A stretch of 47,221 bases of DNA, taken from NCBI GenBank assembly GCA_937894535.1, contig CALBHI010000156.1, positions 1-47,221 of the forward strand. The letters are read 5' to 3'. Source of the stretch: an uncultured Verrucomicrobiota bacterium (GTDB lineage: Bacteria > Verrucomicrobiota > Kiritimatiellia > CAIVKH01). Shown here one piece after another: positions 43,596 to 47,221 of the stretch (the first letter of the stretch is position 1; each line of letters starts with the position of its first letter). Below the pieces are notes generated by a model. That model did not search any database. It had not been told where the DNA came from and worked only from the letters and a program-made list of their open reading frames with translations. A program made the position numbers and the translations under genes.

Positions 43596-46500
43596 ATGAC
43601 AAATCGAGTGCTGTTGCGTTTGGTGCTGGCCACCTTGCCGGCGTGGTCCACCATGGCCGCCTCGGTCTTTGTCGAGGCCAACTGGCGACCGGCCAGTCAG
43701 GGCGGCGGACAGGCGGTCATTGGCAGCGGATACTATTTCGATTTGGGTTCGGTCGCCTTTGGCGTGATCAGCGTGAACAACCTCGACCTGGGTCGGGGTT
43801 ATGACATCGAATTCAACCCGAACCGCTTCACGGATTATATCAGCGCCCGGGTGGTCAGCACCTTTGGCTCGGGTTTCTGGCTGGCCTATACGCTGGAAAA
43901 AGTGGTGATCTCCAATACGCGCATCCTGATCATTCCCCGGCAAGTAGTGTTCCGGCCCGGCAGTGGGTACACGGATGACGCGGAAGTGGTGTTCGATCCG
44001 CCCCGCCGCAACGAGTTCCAGTTTGCGCTTGATAACACCAATGTGACCGAGATCGTGCTCGGCACCGGATTGTTCTACCAGAATGCCGTGATCACCCGCG
44101 ACATGACCATCCGCGGCGCCGGTATCGGGCGTACCCTCGTTTCCGGCGGGCGCGGGGGCTCGGTGTTCCGCGTCCTGCCCGGGGTGAAGGTGACGCTGGC
44201 CGACATGACCATCTTCGACGGCCTGGCCCAGAGCGGCGGCGGCATCTACAACGAGGGTGAGCTCGAGGTTGTGCGGTGCGAGATCCGCAACAACCGCGCC
44301 TACCATGCCCTGTTCGGCGAGGGCGGCGGCATCTTCAACCGGGGCAAGGCGAAGCTGTGGGTCTCGGACTCGATCATCCGCGACAACATCGCCTCGCGCA
44401 ACGGCGGCGGCATCAGCAGCAGCGGCATCAACTCCAGCACCATGCCGTCGCCCGGCGGTTCCGGCCTCGCCCGCGACGTGGTCTCCGGCTCGCTGACCAA
44501 CCTGGCCGGGCTTACCCCGCCCACCGATCCGACGAACACGAACCAACTCAACAACTTCGCCAACGACGCCGCCGGCCGCTCGGCCAACACCTTGTTGCAG
44601 CTCGGTTCGCCCAAGGATTTCTTCGAGGGCAACTTCAGCAATCCGCTGGAGGATGCCATCACCTGGTTCAACTACAATTCGCCCATCTGCGTGATCAGCA
44701 ACACGGTCATCGAAGGCAACCGGGTCGGCAAGGCCAATGCGAAAGCGGAGCTGCATTCCTCGGTCTTCGGGTTGCGCCTGCCCCGGCTCGTCTGCTTCGG
44801 CGGCGGCCTCTACAACGAGCTGGGCCTGATGACGGTGGAAAACTCGCGGATCGACCGCAACGAAGTGGAAAGCGATATCGTCAACTACGGCGGCGGGGTG
44901 GCCTCCCTGCTGGGCGGCCTGAGCATCCGCAACACCACCATCAACCACAACCGCGCGGCCTCTCTCACCGTGTTGGCCGCCGGCGGCGCCGCGTACAATT
45001 TCGCCTCCTACGCAAAAATCTCCGACGCGCAGATGATCAGCAACACGGTGGATGCGCTGTTCTTGTCGAGCGGCGGTGGTCTAAAAAACACCTCGGCCGG
45101 TTATGCCGAACTGGCGCGCGTGCGCATCGAGGACAATGAATCCGGCGGGGGCGGCGGCATCGCCAACGACTACAAGGCGAAGCTGCTGGTGGAGGACGGC
45201 ACCATCCTCCGCAATGTGATTTCCGGTGTCATTGCCGCCAACGGCGGCGGCCTGCGCAACGAGGACGGCGGCGAGGTGGATATCCACCGGACCACCATCA
45301 GCGGGAACATCGCCTCGGGCAAGGTGAAGGGCGGCGGTGTGTATAACCAATGCACCCAGAACCGGATCGGCGACGTCGTTCCGGTGATCAACGCCAGCCG
45401 CGTCTCGCTGTTCAACAGCACGATCAGCCACAATGTGCTGGATGGACGCGGTCCGGAAAACGTTCCGCTCGAGACGCGCGGCGCGGGCATCTACAACGGC
45501 AGTTTTGACGGCGGCGTCGCACAGCTTGTCGTGTACAGTTGCACGGTCTATTCGAACGCCGCGTCGCGCGGCCTCATCAACGACGGCGGCGGACTCCGGT
45601 CCACCGGGTTCAGCGAGATCAAGACCAGCATCGAAGACAACATTCCCGGAACGTCGCGGGTGTTCATCGCCAACAGCCTGTTCGCCCGGAATATCCCCTC
45701 CGACATCAACAACAGCTTCCCCAGCCTGTTGACATCCTACGGCTACAACATGGACAGCGACGGGTCGGGCGCGTCCGCAGCCTTTCTGAGCGAGCAGTCC
45801 TTGGCGGCGTCTGCGCGGTTCCGCACCGCCAATCCCCTGCTGGGACCGTTGCAGTACAACGGCGGGCCCTCGCCGACCCATGCCCTGTTCACGGGAAGCC
45901 CGGCGATCAATAGCGGTGCACCCACGGGAACCCTGGGCGTGGCGCTGAGCCCGCCGACCGACCAACGCGGCCTGGTGCGTGCCCTGGCCGGTCGCCGCGA
46001 CATCGGCGCCTACGAGGTCATCACGCCCACCGCGAACGGGGAAGGGTACGCCATGTTCGAGGACACCACGCTGGTCGTCGAGCCGGCCCAGGGTGTGATC
46101 CTCAATGACTTCGCCAACACGCCACAAGCCTTGCTGGTGACGTCCACGACCAATGGCAGCCTCACGTTGTTTCCGGATGGCGGTTTCATCCATACGCCGG
46201 TCACCAACTTCAACGGGACCAATGCCTTCACCTACCGGGTGTTTGATGCCGACGGGGTGACCGGAGCGGTGGCCACTGCGACCATCGTGGTCCGTCCGCG
46301 TCTCGACTGGCTGGCCATGACGCCGACGCCGGGCACCAACGCTTTCGCCGACCGCCACACGAACATCGTGCTGACCTTCGACGAAAACATCACCACCGGC
46401 GCCGTGCAGGCGCATGTCAGCCTGCGCGGGTCGCTGTCGGGTCCGCGCGCCTTCACCGCAATCGTGGTTGGCGCGACCGCCCGCCTCGTTCCCCACACGT

Positions 46501-47221
46501 GGTTCGGGTACAACGAGGAAGTCACCGTCACCGTGCTCGAATCGATGGCCAGCGCCATCGGCTCCCCCATCTTCCCGGCCGGAAGCCGTTCTTACCGGAC
46601 CTTCGGCAACCGTCCGCCGGTGACCGGTCCGGCGGAAGCCTTCGGGATCGGCGAGGAGGGAACCCTGGTCGTCGCCACCGGTCAATCCTTGCTCAACAAC
46701 GATGCCGACCCGGACCGCGATGCGATTTCCATTTTGCCCCGCGAGGTCACGTTGTCCGATTATTGGACGGCGCAAATCCTCGCCGGCCGGGACCCGACCA
46801 ACGTGACCGCGTTTTTCTCCGGCAATTGGCCGGAGGGAAGCTGGGCCTACCTCGCCCCGGTGGCGGCGCACAACGGAAGGCTCGCCCTGAACACCGACGG
46901 CACGTTCACCTATGCGCCGAAAACCAACTTCTTCGGAACCGATTATTTTGACTACCGGGTGACCGATGGCCTGTTCACCTCCGCGCCGGTCCGCGTCTTC
47001 ATCACCGTGACGAACGTGAACGATGCCCCCGAGGCCGTCCCCGACGCCTATCCGTCCGGCCCGCTTGTGGTCAATGCCGCCGAGGGTGTGCTGGCGAATG
47101 ACCTCGATGTGGACGGCAACGTGCTCCGCGCCGTCCTCACCTCGTCCACCCTGAACGGCGCGCTGGCCCTTTCCACCAATCGCGCATTTACCTATACCCC
47201 CGGCCGTGGCTATCGCGGTCG
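43596..47221 (+). CDS. Large secreted adhesin-like protein, 3'-truncated by the window edge: parallel beta-helix (Pmp/choice-of-anchor-Q-like) repeats, then SbsA-type Ig and cadherin-like tandem domains (at least 1208 aa)
   Basis: - Not in the ORF track because it has no stop. My own translation from the ATG at 43596 (MTNRVLLRLVLATLPAWSTMAAS) stays open to 47221 wherever I spot-checked it.
- GGGIYNEG.., GGGIFNRG.. and GGGIANDY.. beta-helix rungs.
- DQRGLVRALAGRRDIGAYE is the motif that ends choice-of-anchor-Q-type domains.
- FGTDYFDYRVTDGLFTSAPVRVFITVTNVNDAPEA is cadherin-like.
- Track ORFs 43521-44948(-) and 45081-46871(-) are antisense shadows of it. Confidence 0.75.
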   Translation, partial: MTNRVLLRLVLATLPAWSTMAASVFVEANWRPASQGGGQAVIGSGYYFDLGSVAFGVISVNNLDLGRGYDIEFNPNRFTDYISARVVSTFGSGFWLAYTLEKVVISNTRILIIPRQVVFRPGSGYTDDAEVVFDPPRRNEFQFALDNTNVTEIVLGTGLFYQNAVITRDMTIRGAGIGRTLVSGGRGGSVFRVLPGVKVTLADMTIFDGLAQSGGGIYNEGELEVVRCEIRNNRAYHALFGEGGGIFNRGKAKLWVSDSIIRDNIASRNGGGISSSGINSSTMPSPGGSGLARDVVSGSLTNLAGLTPPTDPTNTNQLNNFANDAAGRSANTLLQLGSPKDFFEGNFSNPLEDAITWFNYNSPICVISNTVIEGNRVGKANAKAELHSSVFGLRLPRLVCFGGGLYNELGLMTVENSRIDRNEVESDIVNYGGGVASLLGGLSIRNTTINHNRAASLTVLAAGGAAYNFASYAKISDAQMISNTVDALFLSSGGGLKNTSAGYAELARVRIEDNESGGGGGIANDYKAKLLVEDGTILRNVISGVIAANGGGLRNEDGGEVDIHRTTISGNIASGKVKGGGVYNQCTQNRIGDVVPVINASRVSLFNSTISHNVLDGRGPENVPLETRGAGIYNGSFDGGVAQLVVYSCTVYSNAASRGLINDGGGLRSTGFSEIKTSIEDNIPGTSRVFIANSLFARNIPSDINNSFPSLLTSYGYNMDSDGSGASAAFLSEQSLAASARFRTANPLLGPLQYNGGPSPTHALFTGSPAINSGAPTGTLGVALSPPTDQRGLVRALAGRRDIGAYEVITPTANGEGYAMFEDTTLVVEPAQGVILNDFANTPQALLVTSTTNGSLTLFPDGGFIHTPVTNFNGTNAFTYRVFDADGVTGAVATATIVVRPRLDWLAMTPTPGTNAFADRHTNIVLTFDENITTGAVQAHVSLRGSLSGPRAFTAIVVGATARLVPHTWFGYNEEVTVTVLESMASAIGSPIFPAGSRSYRTFGNRPPVTGPAEAFGIGEEGTLVVATGQSLLNNDADPDRDAISILPREVTLSDYWTAQILAGRDPTNVTAFFSGNWPEGSWAYLAPVAAHNGRLALNTDGTFTYAPKTNFFGTDYFDYRVTDGLFTSAPVRVFITVTNVNDAPEAVPDAYPSGPLVVNAAEGVLANDLDVDGNVLRAVLTSSTLNGALALSTNRAFTYTPGRGYRG

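Overview
High-GC bacterial chromosomal window, almost entirely coding, with no rRNA, tRNA, CRISPR array, transposase or integrase that I could recognise. All family calls come from reading motifs in the translations; no profile or database search was run.

Layout:
- 1-904: a pyrimidine-skewed non-coding block built from a tandemly duplicated 344-bp unit.
- 905-14088: envelope and lipid genes. These are a fused MFS/spermidine-synthase-like protein with a TPR tail, two diverged paralogues of a polytopic-membrane + TPR protein on opposite strands, an M29-like aminopeptidase translationally coupled to an OvoA-C-terminal-like SAM methyltransferase, and fabA-fabB.
- 14183-32930: a five-gene + strand operon. 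A PEP-CTERM protein is followed by secreted proteins of 2080, 265, 685 and 2955 aa. Three of the four junctions are ATGA overlaps.
- 32986-34936: an FprA/adrenodoxin-reductase-like flavoprotein and a vapBC toxin-antitoxin pair.
- 35164-43268: a calcium-binding-repeat protein, then four tandem Sec-signal-bearing paralogues of phage-tail-fibre-like proteins. Three end in a Peptidase_S74 intramolecular-chaperone domain and one in an H-type-lectin-like domain.
- 43596 to the window end: a large beta-helix/cadherin-like adhesin, truncated by the window edge.

Most interesting candidates:
- The non-phage array of self-processing fibre proteins.
- The giant surface-protein operon. Its last gene carries five modules, three of them spaced exactly 801 nt apart, each with an invariant G-S-R-G-D motif.
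- The repeat block at the 5' end.

The long antisense ORFs in the track are treated as high-GC shadow frames.
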